Positions 43,528-53,865 are shown, numbered from the stretch's first letter. The stretch is DNA of 64,000 bases from an uncultured bacterium (GCA_937996685.1 CALKUP010000001.1:117571-181570); one strand, 5' to 3'. Notes: generated from the sequence alone by a model not told the origin. Program-made: numbers and translations.

Positions 43528-43619
43528 GAGGTAAGAGATACAAGTAGCGTCCATACAAACCGTCACACATGTGGCGGTTTTTGGTTGCCAAATCACTCAC
43601 GCTACCTTATATATACACT

Positions 43620-45254
43620 ATGGAGACACAGCAACCAGCAGATACAATTGCAAAGCTTGTTCAAGCACTTCCGATGAAGCCGGGTGTGTATCAGTTTTTT
43701 GATGCAGCTGGAAAGTTGTTGTATGTCGGTAAGGCGGTGAAATTGCGGTCACGTGTGCAATCCTATTTTCGCTCAAGCACAAATCATTCGCCAGCCAAAC
43801 AGTTTATGGTTGGAAAAATTGCGGATATCAAAACAATTACTGTCGACACAGAAGCCGAGGCATTACTGCTCGAAACAACACTGATTAAAAAACACAAACC
43901 GCCGTATAACATTGTCATGAAGGATGACAAAAATTTTCAATATATTCATATCACCGACGATCCGTTTCCGCGTATTGAAACAGTGCGTCAGTTGCCGAGT
44001 CTCGGAAAACGGCGCGGGAAATATTTTGGGCCGTATGTGTCCGGCTTTGCGGTGAAAAAAACCTTGCGGACAATGCAGATGGTGTTTCGATATTGCACAA
44101 CTCCTCCAGAAGTGAAGCGTGGTGTTGTGGTCTATCCGAAGCGACCGTGTTTGCAATACCAATTGGGGCGTTGTGTCGGGCCGTGCGCGCAAGCAGTGTC
44201 ACAAGAAGAATATGCAATCATATTTCGTGATATCGCTCGCATGCTCGCAGGCGACACAGAATATGTGATCGCTGATTTGCGTGAGCGAATGCAACAGGCG
44301 AGCGCCGCAAAACGGTTTGAAAAAGCAGCGGAATTACGTGATCAGCTGCAAGCGCTCGACCGATTATTTTTTGATCAAAAAGTGGTTGATGTCCGTGAAC
44401 AGTCGGTTGATGTCTTGTCACTGGCTCGAGTTGATGACACAGCGGCGGTGAATGTCTTTATTGTTCGTCATGGTCGATTGATTGCGCAGAATGTATTTTT
44501 ATTGCGACACGTGAAAGATCAATCTGATGATGATGTGCTCGAAGCGTTTCAAGATCAGTATTATCAAACAGCGCTTGAAAAACCAAAAGACATCATGACC
44601 AATCGGCAAGAGCGGCGTGGGAAAAATAAACAGTTGCTCGAAATGGGAGAAGCCAATGCATTGCAGGCGCTTGAAAATCATCTCGCCCGGTTTGAAAAAG
44701 AAGATAAACGCGCAAAACAGGGAATTGCGGAGCTCGCGACTGCTTTGGAGACGACTCCAGAAAAACTACATCGTATTGAAGTCTATGATATCTCACACAA
44801 TCAAGGTGCGTACACTGTTGCGTCGATGATTGTGTTTGTTGATGGCCGACCAGCGCCAAGCGAATATCGCAAATTCAAAATTCGAAGCGCGCGTGGAACA
44901 GGGAAGTCAGATGATTTTGCATCAATGCGTGAAGTGATCAATCGTCGCGTGAAACATATTAAGCGGAAACAAAAAGATATTGCCGATCCGTGGCCAACAC
45001 CAAGTTTGATTGTCATCGATGGAGGGAAAGGGCAGTTGTCATCCGCAAAAGCGATGCTTGATATCGCACATTTAGACATCCCAATTATTTCGCTTGCCAA
45101 GCGCATTGAAGAAATATTTTTGCCAGAAAATTCAACGCCGATTTTGTTGCCACGTGATTCGCAAGGGCTGTATTTGATGCAGCGTATGCGTGACGAAGCG
45201 CATCGATTTGCCATTGGGTTTTATCGAAAACGTCATTTAGCGGGATTAGTATAG
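43620..45254 (+). CDS. uvrC: Excinuclease ABC subunit C (no C-terminal HhH)
   Basis: PGVY..LYVGKA GIY-YIG, RIEVYDISH, IDGGKGQL, RDEAHRFAI; ATG 43620. Confidence 0.96.
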   Translation: METQQPADTIAKLVQALPMKPGVYQFFDAAGKLLYVGKAVKLRSRVQSYFRSSTNHSPAKQFMVGKIADIKTITVDTEAEALLLETTLIKKHKPPYNIVMKDDKNFQYIHITDDPFPRIETVRQLPSLGKRRGKYFGPYVSGFAVKKTLRTMQMVFRYCTTPPEVKRGVVVYPKRPCLQYQLGRCVGPCAQAVSQEEYAIIFRDIARMLAGDTEYVIADLRERMQQASAAKRFEKAAELRDQLQALDRLFFDQKVVDVREQSVDVLSLARVDDTAAVNVFIVRHGRLIAQNVFLLRHVKDQSDDDVLEAFQDQYYQTALEKPKDIMTNRQERRGKNKQLLEMGEANALQALENHLARFEKEDKRAKQGIAELATALETTPEKLHRIEVYDISHNQGAYTVASMIVFVDGRPAPSEYRKFKIRSARGTGKSDDFASMREVINRRVKHIKRKQKDIADPWPTPSLIVIDGGKGQLSSAKAMLDIAHLDIPIISLAKRIEEIFLPENSTPILLPRDSQGLYLMQRMRDEAHRFAIGFYRKRHLAGLV

Positions 45255-45333
45255 TGTGTTCAATAAACGCAGGCTTGAAAAAAGCCTTGTTTTGTGATAG
45301 AATAGATATAATTGCAAAATAAAAAGAAAAAAT

Positions 45334-46764
45334 ATGGCAAATCCAGAAGGAAAAGGACCACGTGCGCAGGTGGCAAAGCCAGTGCAAGTAGAAAAAATAA
45401 AACCAGCTGATTTGACGCATCCTGATTGGGATCGTTTAGACTTAGGTGAAGCATGGAATCAACCAACTGTTGCCGATGAAGTCGCTCAAGCAGATAAAAT
45501 GTTGACACAAGCTCGAGAGACTCTTCGAGATCGACGCCAAGATGAAAAAGTAGTTGCTCGCGCATATGCATCAGTAGATGCGAAGTCGCGTCAGGCTGCA
45601 GTTGGAACAACAGAATCATTTGATGTTGGAGATTTTCCTGATGATAGACCGCTTCCATTACTCGGTGAAGAAGATGATGAAACAGAGGATACATTTCAAT
45701 CGTTAGATGATGGTCCAGTTATTGACTTACCTGAGAAACGCAAAGCAAAAGATTTGCGTAAGCAAGGGCCAAAAACAGAATTACGAGAACCGCCAACACG
45801 AGAAGAGCGTGCAGCAGCTCGTGTATTTGAGATGCCAGCGTCGTCAATTGTAGAGCCTGCTGCAGTTGCGCCGATGCCAGAAGTTGCTCCACGCGCCTCT
45901 GAAGTCGCTTCTACTGAATTAGAGTGGATGACCGTTGAAGAAGCGGCGCCACTATCACAGTCTTTAGGCTTGTTTGATCGAGTAAAACAGGCAGCGTCTC
46001 AATTTACAAAACGTTGGAGTCGACGCTTTGCAGTGATTGGTGCATTGCTCGCACAGCCAGCAGCAGAAAAGCCGATTACAATGCCACAACCGCAAGAACA
46101 CATTGATGCAGTGCCTCAAGAAGCAGCGCCTGCGCCTGTTGTTGCGGAGGTCGCTCCAGTAGTACCAACACCAGAAGTTGTTCCAGTAGTGCCTCAAGCG
46201 CCTGAAGTGAGTGTGACAGTTCCAGTTGAATTGCCAGCCCAAGGCGTTGTGAGCATGCCGCGTGTTGACACTGCTTCATCAGCGCCAATAAAGACAACAT
46301 TGCCTGCAGCTGCTGCGCATATTGATGTTCGTGCGCCTCTACCTCAGGCTTCAGAAAAGCCACAAGTAGCGCCGAGTCCTGTAACAATCCCGCAACCTGC
46401 ACCTGATACAAATCCAGCAACCCGACCGACAGCTGATGCTGCTGCTCCAAAGCCGCCAGTCGTTGCGCCGGAGGTTCCAGCAACTCGTGAAGAATTGGCA
46501 AAACAAATGAATGCAGAATCACATGTTGATCAACTGTCTCCAGCAAAACAAATTGCCTATCTTGATAGCTTGTTTGATCAAACCGACGCGTCAAAACTCT
46601 TTTTACGCTTGAGTCCAACAAAACGTTTAGAAGTGTCTCGTGATTCACGTGGTGAATTATTTATTAAAACAGCGCGAGAAGGGAAGATTGAGCCATTAAC
46701 AGAAGAGGTCGTTGAAAAGATTGGAAAAAACTTGGCAGCATTGCGATATACCGTCGGTCGATAA
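45334..46764 (+). CDS. Hypothetical Pro/Ala/Glu-rich protein with central hydrophobic helix
   Basis: RRFAVIGALLA followed by a Pro-rich linker. Confidence 0.75.
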   Translation: MANPEGKGPRAQVAKPVQVEKIKPADLTHPDWDRLDLGEAWNQPTVADEVAQADKMLTQARETLRDRRQDEKVVARAYASVDAKSRQAAVGTTESFDVGDFPDDRPLPLLGEEDDETEDTFQSLDDGPVIDLPEKRKAKDLRKQGPKTELREPPTREERAAARVFEMPASSIVEPAAVAPMPEVAPRASEVASTELEWMTVEEAAPLSQSLGLFDRVKQAASQFTKRWSRRFAVIGALLAQPAAEKPITMPQPQEHIDAVPQEAAPAPVVAEVAPVVPTPEVVPVVPQAPEVSVTVPVELPAQGVVSMPRVDTASSAPIKTTLPAAAAHIDVRAPLPQASEKPQVAPSPVTIPQPAPDTNPATRPTADAAAPKPPVVAPEVPATREELAKQMNAESHVDQLSPAKQIAYLDSLFDQTDASKLFLRLSPTKRLEVSRDSRGELFIKTAREGKIEPLTEEVVEKIGKNLAALRYTVGR

Positions 46765-46821
46765 CATTGACTTTTTCGAATTTTTGTGGTATGAATTGAA
46801 GTAATAACTTCTCTTATTTTT

Positions 46822-48837
46822 ATGTCATCCTACGAGAATCCTCCAAAACCAAAATCACAAGTAGATACAACTGACGGTTTAACTCCGGTGCAACGTGCAA
46901 AAGCTGCTCGAGAGGCAGCGGCGGTAACATTGGCTGATTCAAAGAACAGAATGCCTATTGCGACAGCGTATGAAGAGAATTCTGCTATTAATCATAGAGT
47001 TGAAACAAATGAAGCTGCGGCAATTGCTGCTGAAGAGGTTATTCGTGAAGCGGCAAAGCGTCGAGAAAGTGCACGTCGTGAAGCTGAGCTGGCAGCACGG
47101 TCTCGTGTTGAGATGGAAGAGTCAAAGATAGAGTGGCGAAAATGGATGGACGGTTTAATTGCCGAAGCATCAGTGGATGATGCACAATTTGTGTCAGGTC
47201 TTGAAAACATCCAAGCAGGAAATGATACGCATAGAGCAGAGCAGTCTAAAAAAAAAGCGGATCCGCTCGCTGATTTTGATATTCCAACACAAGATGTTGA
47301 TGTGTCTGAAGCAAAGGCTGTTGAGACAAGTTTTGATGATGTGCCAGATGGTTTTATTGAATTATCAAGTGAAGGAGATTTGGAAACAGGAGATAATGAC
47401 TATACGATTTCTGAATCGGATGCACCCGCGTCTGAAGTCACAGATGAGTCGATGACAGTATCAGCATCTGTTCTAGACACAACGCCAGGTAGGCAGCGAT
47501 TTAATCGTGCGCTTACTAAAGAGGAAGTAAAAAAAATTCTTGAGCAAACCGCAACAGATCCACGGTATCGTGAAGCGACAAATCCACGCGTGCCAAAAAA
47601 AATAAGCACAGCCGATGTGTCATCTGTCGCGAGCACTGCTCAAACAGAATTACCTCCAACGGAGCTGATTCCAGCGGTTGTTGATCCAAAAAAACCAACT
47701 CCAGCGACTGAGAAAAAAGCGCCAAGCCGAATTCGTGGCTGGTTGAAAAAAATCGGATTGTTATTTGGTATTGCTACGGCACTTGATAGTGCAGTGCAAC
47801 AACCACAAGAATATTCAACTGCGAGTGCTGATGTAGAAAACGCAACAACGATAATGGTTGATGACAAAGGCGTGCAAGAAGTTGAGCAAGTAGCCGATGT
47901 TGATTCAGTCGCGGAAGTGGCGCAGTCGTCATCTAATGAACAAGCGCCAGAAACAAATCTTGTGCGAACCAATATTGAAACAGGAGAAGGTGTGTCACAA
48001 GCGATGCTTCGCTTAGGATATGATATTTCTGATATTCAAGCGGCGTTGCAGTTGCCGGTAACCATTGGTTCTGAAACAAAAACACTGGGTGATGTATTTG
48101 TTGATGCGAAAGGCGGCGATCTTGGAATGACGATTACTGAAAATCCAGAAGGCGGAGTTGCAAGTGTTGATTTTTATTCCGTTGATGGTGATAAGACGCT
48201 AATGCCTGCTGCTGAGCTTTCAAGTGTTCTGCATTTTGTTGGATCTTCAGAGGCCGTGCCGCAAACGCAAGAGCCTGCAACGACAGTGGCGCCACAGGCA
48301 AGTGAACCTATGATGATCACAGCTCCTGCTACTACTGCAGTTGTTGATCGTGCTCCAGTGCAAGGAACGTCTGTTGCTGTTACTCCAGATATTCCACCTG
48401 CTCCAGTGATCAAGTCTGCTGATGCGCCAATGCTAGATCCAAAATTGCGTGAAGCTGTTATTGTGAAAAAACCAGAAGATAATCCAAATGATGATGAACA
48501 ACAGGTAGATACACCGGCTCAGATAAAAATGGACGGACCGGACCGGCGTTCATTTATGAATCCGGAACGACAACTTTCGGGACTTGAGGATATACTTGAT
48601 CAGATGGCGCCGGGAACAGAACTATATTATTCACCATTAGTATTCCGTATTCCAGAAGAAGAGGGTGAGGTGCAAATTCGACACATCGCTGATGCTCAGC
48701 ATTATTACAAAGTAACGCCGCTGTTACTTGAAACACTTGGGTTTGACTATCGCAAAGACTACGAAGATAAACGATTGAGTCGTGCATCATTCCGTGACAT
48801 TGTTGCTGGGCAAGGCCTTGATCCAATTCCGCGATAG
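46822..48837 (+). CDS. Hypothetical acidic protein with central hydrophobic helix
   Basis: WLKKIGLLFGIATAL; possible LysM-like IETGEGVSQ segment. Confidence 0.75.
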   Translation: MSSYENPPKPKSQVDTTDGLTPVQRAKAAREAAAVTLADSKNRMPIATAYEENSAINHRVETNEAAAIAAEEVIREAAKRRESARREAELAARSRVEMEESKIEWRKWMDGLIAEASVDDAQFVSGLENIQAGNDTHRAEQSKKKADPLADFDIPTQDVDVSEAKAVETSFDDVPDGFIELSSEGDLETGDNDYTISESDAPASEVTDESMTVSASVLDTTPGRQRFNRALTKEEVKKILEQTATDPRYREATNPRVPKKISTADVSSVASTAQTELPPTELIPAVVDPKKPTPATEKKAPSRIRGWLKKIGLLFGIATALDSAVQQPQEYSTASADVENATTIMVDDKGVQEVEQVADVDSVAEVAQSSSNEQAPETNLVRTNIETGEGVSQAMLRLGYDISDIQAALQLPVTIGSETKTLGDVFVDAKGGDLGMTITENPEGGVASVDFYSVDGDKTLMPAAELSSVLHFVGSSEAVPQTQEPATTVAPQASEPMMITAPATTAVVDRAPVQGTSVAVTPDIPPAPVIKSADAPMLDPKLREAVIVKKPEDNPNDDEQQVDTPAQIKMDGPDRRSFMNPERQLSGLEDILDQMAPGTELYYSPLVFRIPEEEGEVQIRHIADAQHYYKVTPLLLETLGFDYRKDYEDKRLSRASFRDIVAGQGLDPIPR

Positions 48838-48855
48838 TAATGGACACACTAGGCA

Positions 48856-48890
48856 AATAAAAAATCGGGACACGCTCCCGATTTTTTATT
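48856..48890. terminator. Bidirectional terminator
   Basis: AATAAAAAATCGGGA-loop-TCCCGATTTTTTATT between convergent genes. Confidence 0.85.
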
Positions 48891-48908
48891 TCTTGTAGTA
48901 TTTGACTC

Positions 48909-49469
48909 CTACATGCCAAGCGCAAGAATTGCCTGTGACCAAGCAAGTGCGACAACAATAAAGACTGTCACAACAGTTGCAAGAACATACAGTTCGCCGA
49001 GTCGTGTGATTCTGTGCATGGCTGGGCTGTGAACGATTTGTTTTGCGGCTGTTTCGACTTGGAGTAATTCACGTTTCATTGTCACGGTAGCTGTTTTAGC
49101 AGGGGTGCGACGAGACGCTGTTTTTTTCACCGCTTTTTTTGCAGTAACCTTTTTCGCAACAGGCTTTTTGGCAGCAACTTTTTTTACAGTACGAGCTTTT
49201 TTTGTTTGCACAGCCTTTGCTGCTGTTGTTTTTGTGCTACGCTTTTTTGCTGAAGTTGCAGTTGTAGTAGATTTTTTCTTCGTTGTTCCGGTAGTCGTTT
49301 TCTTCACCGCTTTTTTTGCAGTAACCTTTTTCGCAACGGGTTTTTTGGCAGCAACTTTTTTTGCGCGCACTGTTTTTGTCATTGGCGCACTCGCAAGCGA
49401 CAACACTTCATCCTCGAGTGTGACTGTGCGCTTTCGATTTTGTTGTTGTTTTGGTTTTTGTACCGCCAT
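48909..49469 (-). CDS. Histone H1-like Lys/Ala-rich protein with C-terminal TM helix
   Basis: KKVAAKKPVAKKVTAKKAVKKT twice (DNA repeat about 49126-49185 and 49303-49362); hydrophobic tail. Confidence 0.75.
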   Translation of the reverse strand: MAVQKPKQQQNRKRTVTLEDEVLSLASAPMTKTVRAKKVAAKKPVAKKVTAKKAVKKTTTGTTKKKSTTTATSAKKRSTKTTAAKAVQTKKARTVKKVAAKKPVAKKVTAKKAVKKTASRRTPAKTATVTMKRELLQVETAAKQIVHSPAMHRITRLGELYVLATVVTVFIVVALAWSQAILALGM

Positions 49470-49527
49470 ATTTTTTATTCCTCCAAATAATTAGAGACAG
49501 TATATCGAATTTTTGTATTCCGTGCAA

Positions 49528-51735
49528 TTAATTCCACGGAGATTTCCAGACAGCAAGTTCTTTTGGAATTTCATCGAGAAAGCGTGACGGTGGATTGACG
49601 TGCATTTCTCCGTAGCGCATGCGTTGTGATGCGAATAAACAATACACTTGATGTTCCGCGCGAGTCAGTGCCACATAACATAGTCGACGTTCTTCTTCCA
49701 TTTCTTGTGGGTCAACCAGTGAGCGAGAGTGGGGGAATAATCCTTCTTCCATTCCAACGATAAAGACAATCGGAAATTCCAAACCTTTCGCCGCATGCAC
49801 AGTCATCAGTTTCACAGCATTTTCTGTTTCATCAACTTTGTCTTGATCAGACACTAATGCAACATCTTCTAAAAATGTTTGCAACCCTTCTTGTCCGCGT
49901 AAGTGCATGAATTTTTGTGTTACATTTTTCAATTCCAAGACATTTTCCCAACGCATTTCCGCTTCTTCTTTGGTTTCTGAAGTTTTTTCCAAATGCTCTT
50001 TAAAGCCAATTTCTGTTGTGAGTAATTGCAGAATTTCAGTTGGATTGAGTTCTGCCATTTTGTCATGAACAGTCGCGAGTTCCGCCGCGAATTGATAAAA
50101 CTTTTGTAACCGCGCACTTTGAATTTCCGGGATATCGTTTCGCGCCGCTTCAATGACCGTCATGTTTCGGGTTCGAGCGAATTGTTCAATTTTGAACCAG
50201 GTGCGATCACCAAGTCCGCGCGCTGGCACATTCACAATTCGTTCCATCGCCACCCAGTCACTCGGGTTAAACAACACTTTCATATACGCAAGCAAATCTT
50301 TGATTTCACGGCGTTCATAAAATCGTAAACCACCAATTAATTGATAGGGAACACCGTATGTCAAAAAGGCTTCTTCAAGCGGACGAGACTGCGCATTGGT
50401 GCGATATAACACAACGTACTTTGAAAAGTCGATGGAAGATTTATTGTTTTTGACGTAGTCCGCCAAGTCTGATGTTTCTTTATGTGCTTGAAACATTTTA
50501 CTGCCCATGATGCGGTCCAAAATACTTTCACCTGTTTGAATTGGTGTTTCGTCTGGATCTGGTTGCGCGTATTCATCGTCATACGTCACTTCATCATCAG
50601 AGCCGTCTGTTCCGCTGCCATCATGTTCTTTGATTTTTCCGGTAATCACTTCAACAATATATTTTCCTTCAGCGTCACCGTTTTCTAATTCACGAACAAT
50701 AATTGCATCACCGCCAGGATTTTCCGTCCACAACTTCTTTTTCTTTTGCTTTGGATTGTTCGCGATAATTGCGTTACTCGCGTTGAGAATTGTTTGGGTT
50801 GAGCGATAATTTTGTTCTAAGAAAATTTCAGTCGCATCAGGATAGTCTTTTTCAAATTCAAGAATGTTGCGAATGTCGGCTTGTCGCCATGAATAAATTG
50901 ATTGCGCGTCATCTCCAACGACGCAAATATTTTTGTGAGCAGCTGCGAGCATTGTCACGAGTTGGTATTGCGCTTGGTTGGTATCTTGGTACTCATCAAC
51001 CAAAATAAATTGCCATAAGTCTTGATATTTTTTGAGCACCTCTGGATATTGCTTGAACAGCTCAACGGTTTTCATGATCAAGTCATCAAAGTCGAGGGCG
51101 TTGTTGGTTTGTAAATCAGCTTGATATTTCGGATACACAACCGTCACTACTTCTGATAACGCATCTGAGCTTTCAGCGGCAACTTGCCCTGGAGTTTTTA
51201 ATTCATTTTTGGCTTTACTGATTTGCCAATGGACCAACGACGGCGCAATTTGTTTTGTGTCGTATCCATTATCCTTCATGATTTTTTTCACCAATGTCAG
51301 TTGTTCGTCTGAATCGTAAATCGTGAAATTGGTCTCATATCCAATGGCAGAAATTTCGCGGCGGAGAATACGGGAGCAAACCGAATGGAATGTGCCCATT
51401 ACTGGTGGGTGTTCCAATTTTCCAACCAACGCTTCCATCCGCTCTTGCATATTGCGCGCTGCCTTGTTTGTAAAGGTCACGGCGAGGATGTTCCATGGTT
51501 TTGCAAAACCACCAGCGACAAGATAGGCAATGCGATGCACCAAGGTTTTGGTTTTGCCAGAGCCAGCACCAGCGAGAATCAAGACTGGGCCGTGCATTGT
51601 TTCAGCGGCAAGACGTTGCTGTTCGTTTAATGAATGGAGGATTTGATCAGCGACAGAGTAGACGCCGACAGAGCCAGCAGAAGCAGGGGAGGGCGTTTGA
51701 GATTCGTTGGGAGTTGATTTGGATTTTTGAGACAT
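49528..51735 (-). CDS. pcrA: ATP-dependent DNA helicase PcrA/UvrD
   Basis: AGAGSGKT, VDEYQDTN, VGDDAQSIY, TVHAAKGLEF, EERRLCYVALTRA. Confidence 0.96.
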   Translation of the reverse strand: MSQKSKSTPNESQTPSPASAGSVGVYSVADQILHSLNEQQRLAAETMHGPVLILAGAGSGKTKTLVHRIAYLVAGGFAKPWNILAVTFTNKAARNMQERMEALVGKLEHPPVMGTFHSVCSRILRREISAIGYETNFTIYDSDEQLTLVKKIMKDNGYDTKQIAPSLVHWQISKAKNELKTPGQVAAESSDALSEVVTVVYPKYQADLQTNNALDFDDLIMKTVELFKQYPEVLKKYQDLWQFILVDEYQDTNQAQYQLVTMLAAAHKNICVVGDDAQSIYSWRQADIRNILEFEKDYPDATEIFLEQNYRSTQTILNASNAIIANNPKQKKKKLWTENPGGDAIIVRELENGDAEGKYIVEVITGKIKEHDGSGTDGSDDEVTYDDEYAQPDPDETPIQTGESILDRIMGSKMFQAHKETSDLADYVKNNKSSIDFSKYVVLYRTNAQSRPLEEAFLTYGVPYQLIGGLRFYERREIKDLLAYMKVLFNPSDWVAMERIVNVPARGLGDRTWFKIEQFARTRNMTVIEAARNDIPEIQSARLQKFYQFAAELATVHDKMAELNPTEILQLLTTEIGFKEHLEKTSETKEEAEMRWENVLELKNVTQKFMHLRGQEGLQTFLEDVALVSDQDKVDETENAVKLMTVHAAKGLEFPIVFIVGMEEGLFPHSRSLVDPQEMEEERRLCYVALTRAEHQVYCLFASQRMRYGEMHVNPPSRFLDEIPKELAVWKSPWN

Positions 51736-51767
51736 AGTTCAAGCAGTGTAGCACAGTTTTGCTTTTC

Positions 51768-51783
51768 CCGAAAAATGCCCGAA
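51768..51783 (-). promoter_or_regulatory. TTCGG-N6-TTCGG direct repeat upstream of pcrA
   Basis: + strand reads CCGAA-AAATGC-CCGAA. Confidence 0.7.
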
Positions 51784-51789
51784 TAGGCA

Positions 51790-52011
51790 TTGACTTTTTG
51801 CCCAAAATATGGTAACTAATAAGGAGTGCGGAATGCAATTTCGCATTTTTGCCCTTTTACAAAAAACAGGATTGTTGCAGTTGGTTGACTCTAATATTAG
51901 TCAATAATCAATCAACCGCAGCAATCCTGAATATCGCATGCATCTGACAGATCCGTCGGGTGTGTGCAACGCATCGAACTGCCCAGCATTGACTGGGTTT
52001 TGGAGTCTCTC
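51790..52011 (+). promoter_or_regulatory. Promoter candidate plus structured leader of islet H
   Basis: TTGACT 51790 (weak -10); hairpin 51822-51850; TGCCCTTTTACAA 51850; GGATTGTTGC/GCAGCAATCC and GCATGCATCTGAC/GTCGGGTGTGTGC stems; GGAG 52002. Confidence 0.65.
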
Positions 52012-53835
52012 ATGATGAAGCTCATCTCTCGGAATGCCTTCGCGATCCTCTTCGTCACCCTCGCGGTGGCGTGCGGCTTTCTCCCTGATACGATCGGGGG
52101 AACCGGGCTGCACCCGGTCGCGGCCGACACGGTCGACACGACGGACGACGTCCGCACTGACGACACGCCGTCGTCGGACATCGTCGGTGTTCACACGACG
52201 AATACCAACGTCGGCAACACCGACACGGTCGACACGACGGACGACACCGACATCACGCCGGACACCGGCACGGACCTCCTCCCTGTCACCGGCGACACGC
52301 CGGCTGACACGGACATCGTCGACACGACGGACACGACGGACACGACGGACACGACCGAGCCCGTCGACACCGACGTGACGTGGTCCGAGACGGATCCACC
52401 CGCAGATGACCAGTTCCCGCCCTACGCGTTCGTAGGCTACGGGCACTACCAGTTCTGTGGCGACCCCGCGATCCCGTGGGAGCCCTGTCTTCAGAACCGG
52501 GTGGTCTACGGACGCCCGCTCCAGGAGCGTCCTGCCGCCTGTGTTCCTGGAAACCAGTACGCTCCTGGGGAGCTTTCGAGCGACGTGCTCGTCTGCTTTC
52601 TGGACTACTTCCGCGGCCAGATCCACGGTGTCATCTCTGTTTTTAACCCGGCGACGCACGCCTGGTCCGACCTGCCGAATGGCGGGCCTACCAACTTCGT
52701 GCAAGCGGGACTCGTCGAGCAGCGTGGTGCTGTTCAAACGAGTCAAGTCAGCTCGTTCCTCTTTGCTCAGCTCGAGCCGGGGAGCGAGCAGATCTCGCTG
52801 ATCGTCCGGAGCCCCAACGGCCCGCTCATGCGGCGCGGGGCAAACGGCGTTTGGTCGCAAGACCGCGCCTTCTTCACTGCCTGGCAGGCCGCCGGCATGG
52901 CGCAGATGAGCGAGTCGATCGTCCGGGACTTTGACCGCAACGGTCTCCCGGACATCGGGATGATGCGCTGCCTCCAAGGCAACTGCGACCCGGTGATTTT
53001 CTACCAGACGGCGCCTGGCGCCTGGCAGAGCTCAATGAACGTGACCCGCATCCCGTACAAGTCTTCGGATGTGTACGAGTGGGACGCGATTCAGGACTCT
53101 GCAACCGGCGCTTGGACGCTCGTCGCTGCTGGCGGTTTCACCGACATGCAGCGCGCCGGCTCCAGCGGCATCTTCGTAGAATACGGGACCGGGCCCGACG
53201 GCTTCCCGGCGTACGTCGAGGCCAATGGTACGAATGCCGCCGGAATGGCCGGAATGGGTGTGACCCATTTCGACCCCCGCGGCATCGACGCCGCTGGCAA
53301 CTCCACGCCGTTCCCGGACGGTCAACCGGAGATCATCGTCTCCAGTCAAACCCAGTGTCCAGAGATGTTGCAAAGCCTCTTCGGCTGGGCTGGGGTGGAT
53401 TCGTGGGTCAACCTGACCCCGAACTACTCCAACTGGATCCAGCAAGGAGGGCGCTTTCGCCCTGGCTGCTGGGAAGACGCGACCCCGGAAACTGAGGATC
53501 TCGCCTGGGGCGTGGAACTCGTCCTTGAGGACTTGCTGCTCGTCGCCAAGGGCGACGACGGCCGAGTTCTTCCGACGGGTCACTGCGACCGAGCCGAGTG
53601 CCCTCAGGACGGCGAGCCGATCATCGGCTACAAGCCGTGGCACGGACGCTTCTGGGCGTATCCGCTCGGGCGCCTGCAGTTTGTCGACCCCTTGGGGAAC
53701 GACATTCTGCTGGGCAACCGGCGGACGCTCGACGTCCACTACGTCACCGGCGCCGACGGCGTCACCCGCACCGTCGTCGTGACGGGTGGCACCTGGGAAA
53801 ACGGCAATCCTGAAGTTTGGCTGCTCGAGGAGTAA
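52012..53835 (+). CDS. Putative lipoprotein with Asp/Thr-rich repeats and an FG-GAP/VCBS-like motif; GC-rich islet H
   Basis: Lipobox-like LAVA-C; DTTD repeats; DFDRNGLPDI; strong GC3 bias. Confidence 0.8.
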   Translation: MMKLISRNAFAILFVTLAVACGFLPDTIGGTGLHPVAADTVDTTDDVRTDDTPSSDIVGVHTTNTNVGNTDTVDTTDDTDITPDTGTDLLPVTGDTPADTDIVDTTDTTDTTDTTEPVDTDVTWSETDPPADDQFPPYAFVGYGHYQFCGDPAIPWEPCLQNRVVYGRPLQERPAACVPGNQYAPGELSSDVLVCFLDYFRGQIHGVISVFNPATHAWSDLPNGGPTNFVQAGLVEQRGAVQTSQVSSFLFAQLEPGSEQISLIVRSPNGPLMRRGANGVWSQDRAFFTAWQAAGMAQMSESIVRDFDRNGLPDIGMMRCLQGNCDPVIFYQTAPGAWQSSMNVTRIPYKSSDVYEWDAIQDSATGAWTLVAAGGFTDMQRAGSSGIFVEYGTGPDGFPAYVEANGTNAAGMAGMGVTHFDPRGIDAAGNSTPFPDGQPEIIVSSQTQCPEMLQSLFGWAGVDSWVNLTPNYSNWIQQGGRFRPGCWEDATPETEDLAWGVELVLEDLLLVAKGDDGRVLPTGHCDRAECPQDGEPIIGYKPWHGRFWAYPLGRLQFVDPLGNDILLGNRRTLDVHYVTGADGVTRTVVVTGGTWENGNPEVWLLEE

Positions 53836-53865
53836 ACCTCGTACTACTGCAACCAGCTTCACACA

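Noticed and set aside
43620-45254. UvrC lacking HhH (and PcrA lacking its C-terminal domain) as pseudogenes
   Set aside because: Catalytic motifs intact, clean stops, no downstream remnant; consistent with streamlined variants.
51874-53859. Leader-trailer pairing in islet H (GTTGCAGT / ACTGCAAC)
   Set aside because: The leader segment is already paired in a longer local hairpin; 8 bp may be chance.
51901-53862. Long antisense and alternate-frame ORFs over islets C, F, G and H (e.g. 51901-52977, 53032-53862, 40547-41257)
   Set aside because: Expected shadows of high GC3; the sense frames have SD, signal peptides and motifs.
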